Shown here: positions 57,046-64,000 of the stretch, in pieces | Position numbering within the stretch: position 1 is the stretch's first letter | Layout of the letters: every line of letters begins with the position of its first letter | IMG/VR virus record: IMGVR_UViG_3300023109_000018 | DNA length: 64,000 bases | Direction: 5' to 3' (one strand) | From: a virus | Program-made: the position numbers and the translations under genes | The notes under the pieces: generated by a model | The model's database searches: none | Told to the model about the DNA's origin: nothing | The model's input: the letters and a program-made list of their open reading frames with translations, nothing else

Positions 57046-57275
57046 TATACTGTCGCTCGATCTATGACCTGGCTGGTCGAATAGGTGTATTCCTTACCAT
57101 TCACATCGTACATAGTGAACGAATAATTCACCTCGCGAATATGGTAATTTCCATCGGCAGACTTATAAGTCGACTGTGTAGACTTCTCTGTCTGCACGAC
57201 ATTTGCTTGGGTTGCGGGATTGACCCGATATGAATCACTGAGAGCAACCACATTGTTGTTGTTAACACTATCCAT
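57045..57275 (-). CDS. hypothetical protein
   Basis: 76-aa ORF in operon. Confidence 0.5.
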   Translation of the reverse strand: MDSVNNNNVVALSDSYRVNPATQANVVQTEKSTQSTYKSADGNYHIREVNYSFTMYDVNGKEYTYSTSQVIDRATV

Positions 57276-57486
57276 AATTTTTTAACTCCGGCTTCTCTGT
57301 TTTATTGAAGACATAATGGGCGTAATCCTCATATAGTCGTGTCATGCCACCATTTTCTTGGCACATGGCTTGAATCGCTTTGCGTTCGTTGCTACCTTTC
57401 ACATAGTAACGATGATCGTCACTGTAGTTGTAGTACCAGTCATGCTTCTCAAGAAGCTCCCAAAGCTTTTCCATATCACTATCCAT
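57268..57486 (-). CDS. hypothetical protein
   Basis: HDWYY.YSDDH motif. Confidence 0.55.
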   Translation of the reverse strand: MDSDMEKLWELLEKHDWYYNYSDDHRYYVKGSNERKAIQAMCQENGGMTRLYEDYAHYVFNKTEKPELKNYG

Positions 57487-57697
57487 TTAGTTGTTGTATC
57501 AGCCCTGTGTCCCAATTCTCTGAGAGATCTTGAGCATAATAATAATTATGTTCGGGTAACTCTCTTGTCTGCACAAGCTTATTGTCTTCGTACAAATCGA
57601 CTACGAACATCTCACCAGATGCGCACTGCGGTGCAGGTACTCTTCGAATTTCACTGTGTCTATTTGTCATGCTCAATTCCTCTTTTCGAATGACCAA
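57479..57697 (-). CDS. hypothetical protein
   Basis: 72-aa ORF in operon. Confidence 0.5.
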   Translation of the reverse strand: MVIRKEELSMTNRHSEIRRVPAPQCASGEMFVVDLYEDNKLVQTRELPEHNYYYAQDLSENWDTGLIQQLNG

Positions 57698-57705
57698 AAG
57701 TGTAT

Positions 57706-57840
57706 TTATTCAAGCTCGTCACTTTTGAGCCTGTGCTTACGATAACCACGCGAGGCCGCTTTCTTGCGATCCTTGTGCGTGGCAGGTTTGTTGAACTTAT
57801 TCAAGTTCTTGGCTACCGGATTGCGCTTGTCCCTTTCCAT
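57706..57840 (-). CDS. small basic protein (NPVAKNLNKFNKP motif)
   Basis: Translated by hand. Confidence 0.55.
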   Translation of the reverse strand: MERDKRNPVAKNLNKFNKPATHKDRKKAASRGYRKHRLKSDELE

Positions 57841-57973
57841 GCTTCCTAAACCTTTTGTTGTAAGATCGCTTCGCGGCCTTGATCATTCTATTGTGGGGGG
57901 CGAGGAATTTTCTCCAGCCAGTGTGGACATCATACTCATCACCACCCTTCAAAGGAATGCGTTCTTTGGTCAC
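57797..57973 (-). CDS. small basic protein (LKGGDEYD motif)
   Basis: Translated by hand; GTG start overlaps groES stop. Confidence 0.5.
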   Translation of the reverse strand: MTKERIPLKGGDEYDVHTGWRKFLAPHNRMIKAAKRSYNKRFRKHGKGQAQSGSQELE

Positions 57974-58242
57974 GACACAATGGCCTTGACGTGTTCTGCA
58001 GAGACGATCACTGCTTCTTGGCCATTGATCTTCACCGGCATTGATTTATCCCAAGACAGATATACTGTGTCACCTTGCTGAATCATACCAGCCGAAGGGC
58101 CAACCGCAATGACGACACCAGGCTCTGATGCTGTCTTTTTGAGTTCACTTGTCAAGATGATACCACCGTCTGACATTGTTTCTTTTGTTTCTTTTGGGAC
58201 AGCTGCAATTAGCACGTTGTCGCCTATCATTTGAATAGCCAT
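57970..58242 (-). CDS. groES: co-chaperonin GroES/Cpn10 (gp31 analogue)
   Basis: GDNVLI, SDGGIIL, GVVIAVGP, GDTV. Confidence 0.85.
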   Translation of the reverse strand: MAIQMIGDNVLIAAVPKETKETMSDGGIILTSELKKTASEPGVVIAVGPSAGMIQQGDTVYLSWDKSMPVKINGQEAVIVSAEHVKAIVS

Positions 58243-58262
58243 TATTTACCTCATTATTAGAT

Positions 58263-58339
58263 TGGCCGACCCAGTAGGACTCGAACCTACAACCTACAGC
58301 TTAGAAGGCTGTTGCACTATCCGATTGTGCTATGGGCCG
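58263..58339 (-). tRNA. tRNA-Arg(UCU)
   Basis: Full cloverleaf, anticodon loop CTTCTAA, TTCGAGT T-loop, encoded CCA. Confidence 0.95.
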
Positions 58340-58347
58340 GGAATGTT

Positions 58348-58773
58348 TTATATGAACTCACCGTTTTCGAAACTTTCAACCAGTTTCAGTTGTAATCGTC
58401 GGGCTTCTTTTTCCCATGGTTGATCCCAGTATTCTGCATTAGAGAAGTTGCGTTTTTTCCAATGGGTCAACTGCGGGTTGAGTTCACCTCGAGCAAACTG
58501 TTTGACGTGAACCAACTCATGGGCAAGAATACTCATCCAGTTGGAATATAGAGCAACGTCAATAATGAATGTCCTCTTATCTATACAATCACAGAGACCT
58601 TCTGCACTCGTTCCACGCTCTACTACAATATTTTTGTGAAAGCGAATTTGGATCGATGTCTTCAGCCGATTTATCTTCAGTTGTTTACAAAAACTCGTTG
58701 CAGCCATTGTTGCCATAGCATTGAGAGTGATCGGTACATTACCACCATTAGGACCTGAGACCCATATATCCAT
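58348..58773 (-). CDS. zincin-like metallopeptidase
   Basis: LAHELVHVKQ, QPWEKEA. Confidence 0.75.
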   Translation of the reverse strand: MDIWVSGPNGGNVPITLNAMATMAATSFCKQLKINRLKTSIQIRFHKNIVVERGTSAEGLCDCIDKRTFIIDVALYSNWMSILAHELVHVKQFARGELNPQLTHWKKRNFSNAEYWDQPWEKEARRLQLKLVESFENGEFI

Positions 58774-58782
58774 GTGATTACC

Positions 58783-58932
58783 TCATACAATTAATATAAA
58801 CAGAATAAACAGCAGGAGTATCAAACCTGCATTGTCGAAAGCGACCTCAGCCACCTTTGCAATGATACCGAGAAAAACTGCGATAAAGAAAACAAAGATA
58901 AGTAGGGCAAAGAAGAAAGTCGCTTCAACCAT
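58783..58932 (-). CDS. small membrane protein (49 aa)
   Basis: Translated by hand; two hydrophobic segments. Confidence 0.45.
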   Translation of the reverse strand: MVEATFFFALLIFVFFIAVFLGIIAKVAEVAFDNAGLILLLFILFILIV

Positions 58933-58944
58933 TCGATATTGACC

Positions 58945-59151
58945 TTAATATTCCGCTTCACGGTGGACGAGATCCTCTCGCCCGATCTCACTGAAAGAAA
59001 AATCTTCGGCTCTGTCTATATAAAGAACAAAGTCAGAACTTCTGGTCTTGGTCAGTGCCTTGAGAGCCTTTGCATTTTTCTTCTTCTCTCGACGATCGGC
59101 CAATTCAAGTTCTCTCATGGCGATTTGGACATCATCTATTTCGTCATACAT
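58945..59151 (-). CDS. hypothetical early protein
   Basis: First ORF behind leftward early promoters. Confidence 0.55.
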   Translation of the reverse strand: MYDEIDDVQIAMRELELADRREKKKNAKALKALTKTRSSDFVLYIDRAEDFSFSEIGREDLVHREAEY

Positions 59152-59185
59152 ATTACATACCTTATTTCATTGAGTTGATGGATAC

Positions 59186-59571
59186 ATTTTAATTGGTTCT
59201 GAACGGTTTGTCAACACGTTGGAGAAAAAATGTTTAGATCTTTTTGGAATATACATATAACCAATTGAAAGGTTGTTTAAAGACATCTATCTTTTCATGT
59301 GATAAAAGGATTATAATTGGTTTTCGGCCACTTGTCAACACTTTTTTTCAATTATTTTGAACTATTTTTAGAACCCTATACAAATCAATTGTGTAGCATG
59401 ATCAAGTGAGATTGTACCTCAGATACCCCTGCTAAGTGATTGTTTTCATTAAAAAGACGAGAAAAGTGTTGACAGCGGTGTTCTGGCCTGATATAATGGT
59501 CGCATGAAATATGAAAAATATGAAATTATTTTAAAAAAATGGTTGACAGACAGAGCTAGACCTGATACTAT
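59186..59571. promoter_or_regulatory. divergent cluster of four sigma70-type promoters
   Basis: Minus: 59186-59214 (TTGACA/TAAAAT), 59310-59338 (TTGACA/TATAAT); plus: 59469-59497 (TTGACA/TATAAT), 59543-59571 (TTGACA/TACTAT); all 17-nt spacers. Confidence 0.8.
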
Positions 59572-59595
59572 GACAGATCTGAAATGGAGCACTGA

Positions 59596-61425
59596 ATGAA
59601 AGAAACTGAAGAATTTCGTATTCTCACAGCAAGACAACACGTTCGTGAGCGTATCGGCATGTATATGGGTTCATCTTCTAAAGAGGAGATAGAACGCTTT
59701 GTGCTGGGTCAATGGTCTAAGGCGACCTATGTTCCAGCCCTATCGAAAATGGTGGACGAGATACTAGACAACGCCATTGATGAGGCAATCCGAACCAACT
59801 TTAAATTTGCCAATAAGATTAATGTATCTATAGATGGTAATAAGGTCATCGTCACCGACAACGGCCGAGGTATCCCACAAGACGAAGTGTTTGATGAACA
59901 GACAGGTAAAAAGATCCTGCGTCCTGTCGCTGCATGGACTAAGGTCAATGCTGGTACTTCTTTTGATGATGAAAGAGTGACGATAGGAACCAATGGTGTC
60001 GGTTCTGCTGCCACCAACTTCTTATCCACACAATTCATCGGTCGTACCTGGCAGAATGGAAATCTTGTTGAGGTGAAGTGTCAACGAGGTGCTGAGGTGA
60101 CCAAGGTTGACCAGAAATCTCGGGATGGTAATGGTACCGAGGTCACGTTCGTTGCTGATTTCGATCTGTTCGAGGTTGATTGTCTTGATGAACTAGACAC
60201 TGTCGCCTTGATTGAGGATCGACTGATCAGTCTTCAAATGGCATTCCCTGAGATTGCATTCTCTTTTAATAAGAGACGAGTTAAGGTATCTGATCTAAAG
60301 AAATATGCAGCCCTCTATGATGAATCATGTGTCGTTGAGAAATCACAAGACTTGTCATTTTTCTTCGCACCTTCTGAGGATGGGTTTCGAACCAACAGTT
60401 ATGTCAACGGTGTGAACACTCGACAGGGTGGTACGTATGTTGATTACATTGTCAATGGTGTCGTTGAAGAACTGGTATCAATGATCAAACGTAAACACAA
60501 GGTTGAAGTTGCAAAGACTACCATCAAGGGTGGTTTGACCTTTATCAAGTTTGCTCGGAATTTTGTGAATCCAAAGTTTGACAGCCAGACCAAAGAACGC
60601 CTCACCAACCCAATGTCTAATGTACGTGAACACATGGATAAGGCTGAGGTTAAGGATTTTCAAACTCTCGCACGAAAGATCATGGGAACCTGTGCCATCA
60701 TTGACCCGATTATTGAGGCTCAATTGGCCAAGAAAATTGCTGCTGATAAACGTGCTGCAACTCTTGCCCAGAAAAAACTTCGTAAGGCAAAGGTCGCCAA
60801 ACACATCTCAGCTAATCGTGATGATGCGACTCTCAAAATTGTAGAGGGTGATTCGGCCATGGGTTTCTTATTGAAGGTGCGAGATCCTAATAAGGTTGGT
60901 GCATACCCACTCCGTGGTGTCATTATGAATACATGGGATATGGCACCAGCCAATGTGCTGAAGAACAAAGAACTGAGTGAATTGGTTGCTGTGTTGGGGC
61001 TGGATATCAATAACCCAGACAGTGTTGATGAAATGACGTATCGACGTATTGCAACCCTTACCGATGCTGACCATGATGGTATTGGTCACATCAGTCCATT
61101 GCTGATTGCGTTCTTCTACAAATTCTGGCCTCGACTGTTGCATGAAAGACGTGTCATGATTACTCGTACCCCTATTATGATATCGTCAAAGAAAGATCAA
61201 GTTAAATGGTTCTATAACTATGAAGACGCATCCGAGTTTAAGACCAAAAATGCTGATTGGAAACATCGGTATATCAAAGGTCTGGGTTCGTTGACTGAAG
61301 ACGAATACAGCGAAATTATTAATGAACCTGTTTATGATACTGTGTCAGTTGATGACGCTTCAATATTCCAAATGATGTTTGGTAGTGATTCTGCACCCCG
61401 AAAGGAGTTTATGTTCAATGGTTGA
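59596..61425 (+). CDS. DNA topoisomerase II large subunit (gp39+gp60 in one ORF)
   Basis: EILDNAIDE, DNGRGIP, GTNGVG, EGDSA, PLRG, DADHDG, YIKGLG. Confidence 0.95.
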   Translation: MKETEEFRILTARQHVRERIGMYMGSSSKEEIERFVLGQWSKATYVPALSKMVDEILDNAIDEAIRTNFKFANKINVSIDGNKVIVTDNGRGIPQDEVFDEQTGKKILRPVAAWTKVNAGTSFDDERVTIGTNGVGSAATNFLSTQFIGRTWQNGNLVEVKCQRGAEVTKVDQKSRDGNGTEVTFVADFDLFEVDCLDELDTVALIEDRLISLQMAFPEIAFSFNKRRVKVSDLKKYAALYDESCVVEKSQDLSFFFAPSEDGFRTNSYVNGVNTRQGGTYVDYIVNGVVEELVSMIKRKHKVEVAKTTIKGGLTFIKFARNFVNPKFDSQTKERLTNPMSNVREHMDKAEVKDFQTLARKIMGTCAIIDPIIEAQLAKKIAADKRAATLAQKKLRKAKVAKHISANRDDATLKIVEGDSAMGFLLKVRDPNKVGAYPLRGVIMNTWDMAPANVLKNKELSELVAVLGLDINNPDSVDEMTYRRIATLTDADHDGIGHISPLLIAFFYKFWPRLLHERRVMITRTPIMISSKKDQVKWFYNYEDASEFKTKNADWKHRYIKGLGSLTEDEYSEIINEPVYDTVSVDDASIFQMMFGSDSAPRKEFMFNG

Positions 61426-62782
61426 TTTGACTACATTTACAAGTGATTCGTCAGTGACTTATGATTATCCAATCTCGGCAGTTGCCAAGAATGAATGGTT
61501 GTCCTTTGCAAAATATACTGTAGAGGCTCGAGCAATACCCAACATGATTGATGGGATGAAACCTGTGCAAAGGTTCTATCTCTACTCATCAATTCTCAAC
61601 TCCAAACGAGATTACAAGAAGGTCTCGGCTGTGTCTGGTATCATTTCTGATTACGGCTATAACCATGGTGAGACATCGGCAGCCGGTGCCGGTCAATTGA
61701 TGGCAGCAAATTGGAATAACAACATCTGTCTCATTGAAGGCCGAGGTTCGTTTGGTACGCGACTGGTACAGGAGGCTGGTGCTGCTCGATATGTCTATAC
61801 TCGACTCCACGAGAACTTTGATCGTTATGTGACTGACCTTGCATTGTCACCAAAGCATGAAGATCCTGAACACGAACCCCCTGCGTTCTATCTACCCACG
61901 ATCCCACTGGTCTTGGCAAATGGGACAAAAGGTATTGCTACTGGATTTGCTACAAACATCTTACCTCGGGATCCTGCTGATCTTCTGCGTAAGTGCGAAG
62001 AGTACATTACCAAGGGCAAGGTATCACGACAGCCCAAAATCAAATTTCCAGAGTTCTCGGGTGATGTGAAGGCTGACCCCGAGTCACCCAACAAGTGGAT
62101 TGCATCCGGCACTTACGAGAAGACGTCAAAGACCATGATGACAATCACTGAGGTCCCTTATGGTTTCGACCGAGAGGGCTACGTCAAGGTTCTCGACAAG
62201 CTTGAGGAAGAAGGTGACATTGTTAGTTATGACGATCTCTGTGACAAGAATGGTTTTCGCTTTGAAGTGAAATTAAAACAGGTCACCTCTGCCAAATGGA
62301 ATGACGCAAAGATTGTTTCTAAATTCAAACTGAGCAAATCATTCGTTGAGAATCTGACTGTAATTGATTTCAATGGTCGTCTTCGTGAATATGATGACGC
62401 AAGAGAACTGATCAAAGACTTCTGCGATTATCGGTTGGGTGTTCTTCAAAAGAGAATTGAGCTTGAACAAGAACGTGCTCGAGAACTCGGTGGCTGGTTA
62501 AACGTAAAGATGCAATTTATTCAGGCTGTACTTGATGATAAAATTATCTTTAAGAACAAAAAGAAGGCTGAAGTGGCAAAACAAATTCTTGATGTCACTG
62601 ATGCGACGAAGGATCAGGTCGATCGCCTGCTACGTATAAATATCATGAGCCTAACTGACGAGATGGTCAAAGAACTCAAGAAAGAAATTGGTCAGGCTCA
62701 AAAGGACTACAAATTCTGGAGTAGAGAGACTCCAAAGAATCAGTTTATTTCTGACTTAGACGAATTACGGAATCAAAAATGA
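61418..62782 (+). CDS. DNA topoisomerase II medium subunit (gp52)
   Basis: RAIPNMIDGMKPVQR, YNHGE, AARY (catalytic Tyr), NGTKGIATG. Confidence 0.95.
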   Translation: MVDLTTFTSDSSVTYDYPISAVAKNEWLSFAKYTVEARAIPNMIDGMKPVQRFYLYSSILNSKRDYKKVSAVSGIISDYGYNHGETSAAGAGQLMAANWNNNICLIEGRGSFGTRLVQEAGAARYVYTRLHENFDRYVTDLALSPKHEDPEHEPPAFYLPTIPLVLANGTKGIATGFATNILPRDPADLLRKCEEYITKGKVSRQPKIKFPEFSGDVKADPESPNKWIASGTYEKTSKTMMTITEVPYGFDREGYVKVLDKLEEEGDIVSYDDLCDKNGFRFEVKLKQVTSAKWNDAKIVSKFKLSKSFVENLTVIDFNGRLREYDDARELIKDFCDYRLGVLQKRIELEQERARELGGWLNVKMQFIQAVLDDKIIFKNKKKAEVAKQILDVTDATKDQVDRLLRINIMSLTDEMVKELKKEIGQAQKDYKFWSRETPKNQFISDLDELRNQK

Positions 62783-63270
62783 TTACTAATTACTTATCAC
62801 CGGCCTCATTTACAATATCAATTGAGCGATTGCCGAACGTAGAGTTCTTCACCCAGACTCTTACAATACCAGATATCTCATCCTCTCCAGTTGAGGTAGC
62901 AAACCCACTGAAGGCACTATACGCCACAGGTGATCGATTGTCATATGGTGATCTGGATCTGAGCTTTGTCATTGATGAAGATATGCAAAATTATCTCGAG
63001 GTTTTGGGTTGGATGGAAGGCCTTGGTACACCAGACTCGACAGACCAATTCAAGGCTGTCAAGGCTTCATCGGCCGGTTTGGTAAGTGACATTCGTGTAT
63101 TGATTCAGAATAGCCATAAAAACCCCAATAAAGAATTTGTCTTCACCAATGCCTTTCCCACAGGTATGAGCTCTATTGACCTCGATATCACACAGGCCGA
63201 TATTACATATCCCAAGGCCACTGTGACATTTAGGTATGATGATTTTAAGGTCAATTCAATTTCTGGTTGA
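62779..63270 (+). CDS. tail completion/tube terminator (gp3)
   Basis: NYLSP..F...RLPNVEFF, GD.L.YGDL..F.IDEDM.NY, AFPT. Confidence 0.85.
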   Translation: MITNYLSPASFTISIERLPNVEFFTQTLTIPDISSSPVEVANPLKALYATGDRLSYGDLDLSFVIDEDMQNYLEVLGWMEGLGTPDSTDQFKAVKASSAGLVSDIRVLIQNSHKNPNKEFVFTNAFPTGMSSIDLDITQADITYPKATVTFRYDDFKVNSISG

Positions 63271-63295
63271 CAAACAGCTTCAAACCTGATATAAT
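63267..63295 (+). promoter_or_regulatory. sigma70-type promoter
   Basis: TTGACA-N17-TATAAT. Confidence 0.8.
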
Positions 63296-63304
63296 CCTTT
63301 TATT

Positions 63305-63838
63305 ATGAAACCTGTGATTCTTTATAAACACTTTGATGAAGATTTCGTCAACAAAATTTTGACCTTGCCTGAGAGTTACTATAAAGGGCATGTCCAAGTT
63401 GAACCTGGTCAGCCTACTCGATATATGCCCGATGCACGTCAAGTTGATTGTTACGATGTTGATGATCAGTCGTTAAGGGATACGCTGTTTGAATTAGCTC
63501 AAGAACACAACGATGGTATGGATATTACCCACACCGGCGAAGTGGTTCTTCTGCGATACAGACCAGGTGGGAAATTTGTCTGGCACTCTGATATACTGGA
63601 GGGTGATCCCCAAAGAAAATTGACCTTGGTGGTTCAACTATCCGAGCCAGATACCTACGAAGGTGGTCAGTTGCAGGTTAAAAAATGTAGCACAGAGCCA
63701 TTTTCACATCTAGGTTCTGTGATGTTATTTCCATCTAATATAAGTCATAGGGTGACACCAGTTACTGAAGGCGTTCGATATTCACTGATCACGTGGATTT
63801 ATGGACCCCACCGGCAACTGGATAAAGATTGGCACTAG
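63305..63838 (+). CDS. 2OG-Fe(II) oxygenase (PKHD-type)
   Basis: WHSD, RKLT, YEGGQL, FPS..SHRVTPVTEGVRYSL..W. Confidence 0.9.
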   Translation: MKPVILYKHFDEDFVNKILTLPESYYKGHVQVEPGQPTRYMPDARQVDCYDVDDQSLRDTLFELAQEHNDGMDITHTGEVVLLRYRPGGKFVWHSDILEGDPQRKLTLVVQLSEPDTYEGGQLQVKKCSTEPFSHLGSVMLFPSNISHRVTPVTEGVRYSLITWIYGPHRQLDKDWH

Positions 63839-63847
63839 GAGTATAGT

Positions 63848-64000
63848 ATGAGTACTGAAGATATAAGTGAAATGTGGTCACAAGATGCACCCATTGATGA
63901 AACTGATTTGGTTTCAGAGAGTCGTAAGATTCCCAAATTGCACAGCAAATATTATAACATGTATTTCAAGGAAGTGTTGCGCATTAAGAAGCTTAAGGCT
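63848..64000 (+). CDS. uvsY: recombination mediator UvsY (partial, runs off window)
   Basis: EMWSQDAPIDETDL..ES.KIPKLHSKYY; follows gp3. Confidence 0.8.
   Translation, partial: MSTEDISEMWSQDAPIDETDLVSESRKIPKLHSKYYNMYFKEVLRIKKLKA

Noticed and set aside
42-63442. Many short opposite-strand ORFs in the track (e.g. 42..449, 897..1199, 17777..18196, 19962..20471, 57764..58081)
   Set aside because: They shadow well-supported genes, lack SD sites and motifs, and reflect antisense codon bias
1-64000. Stop-codon reassignment
   Set aside because: Core genes are full length under the standard bacterial code and use TAA, TAG and TGA as stops

Overview
64 kb segment of a large T4-like (Tevenvirinae/Kyanoviridae-style) myophage genome, probably marine. 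Core T4 genes: gp61 primase, gp41 helicase, uvsX, gp32, gp59, gp33, rnh, gp39/gp52 topoisomerase II, gp3, partial uvsY, dNMP kinase, nrdA/nrdB, thyX, dCMP deaminase, PAAR, phoH, groES, lysozyme and spanins, plus one tRNA-Arg(UCU). Sigma70 early promoters and TATAAATA late promoters are readable. A Shemin-type ALA synthase suggests an alphaproteobacterial host (inference). Main points of interest: (1) a dispersed tetrapyrrole set (glyA, hemA, ybaN-like, cytochrome c, heme oxygenase, PcyX/PcyA-like bilin reductase), with the bilin genes behind a late promoter and a pseudoknotted leader; (2) a late operon of proteins with T4 internal-protein-like N-termini that carry kinase, nucleotidyltransferase, ligase-like and nuclease-like domains, possibly an injected enzyme kit; (3) two 64-nt structured RNA-like elements with covarying stems next to an Arg-rich peptide gene; (4) three glycosyl/sulfo/methyl-transferase cassettes; (5) a recurring 19-bp motif upstream of early promoters. 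No CRISPR array, intron, intein or transposon was seen. All family assignments come from motif recognition, not database searches.
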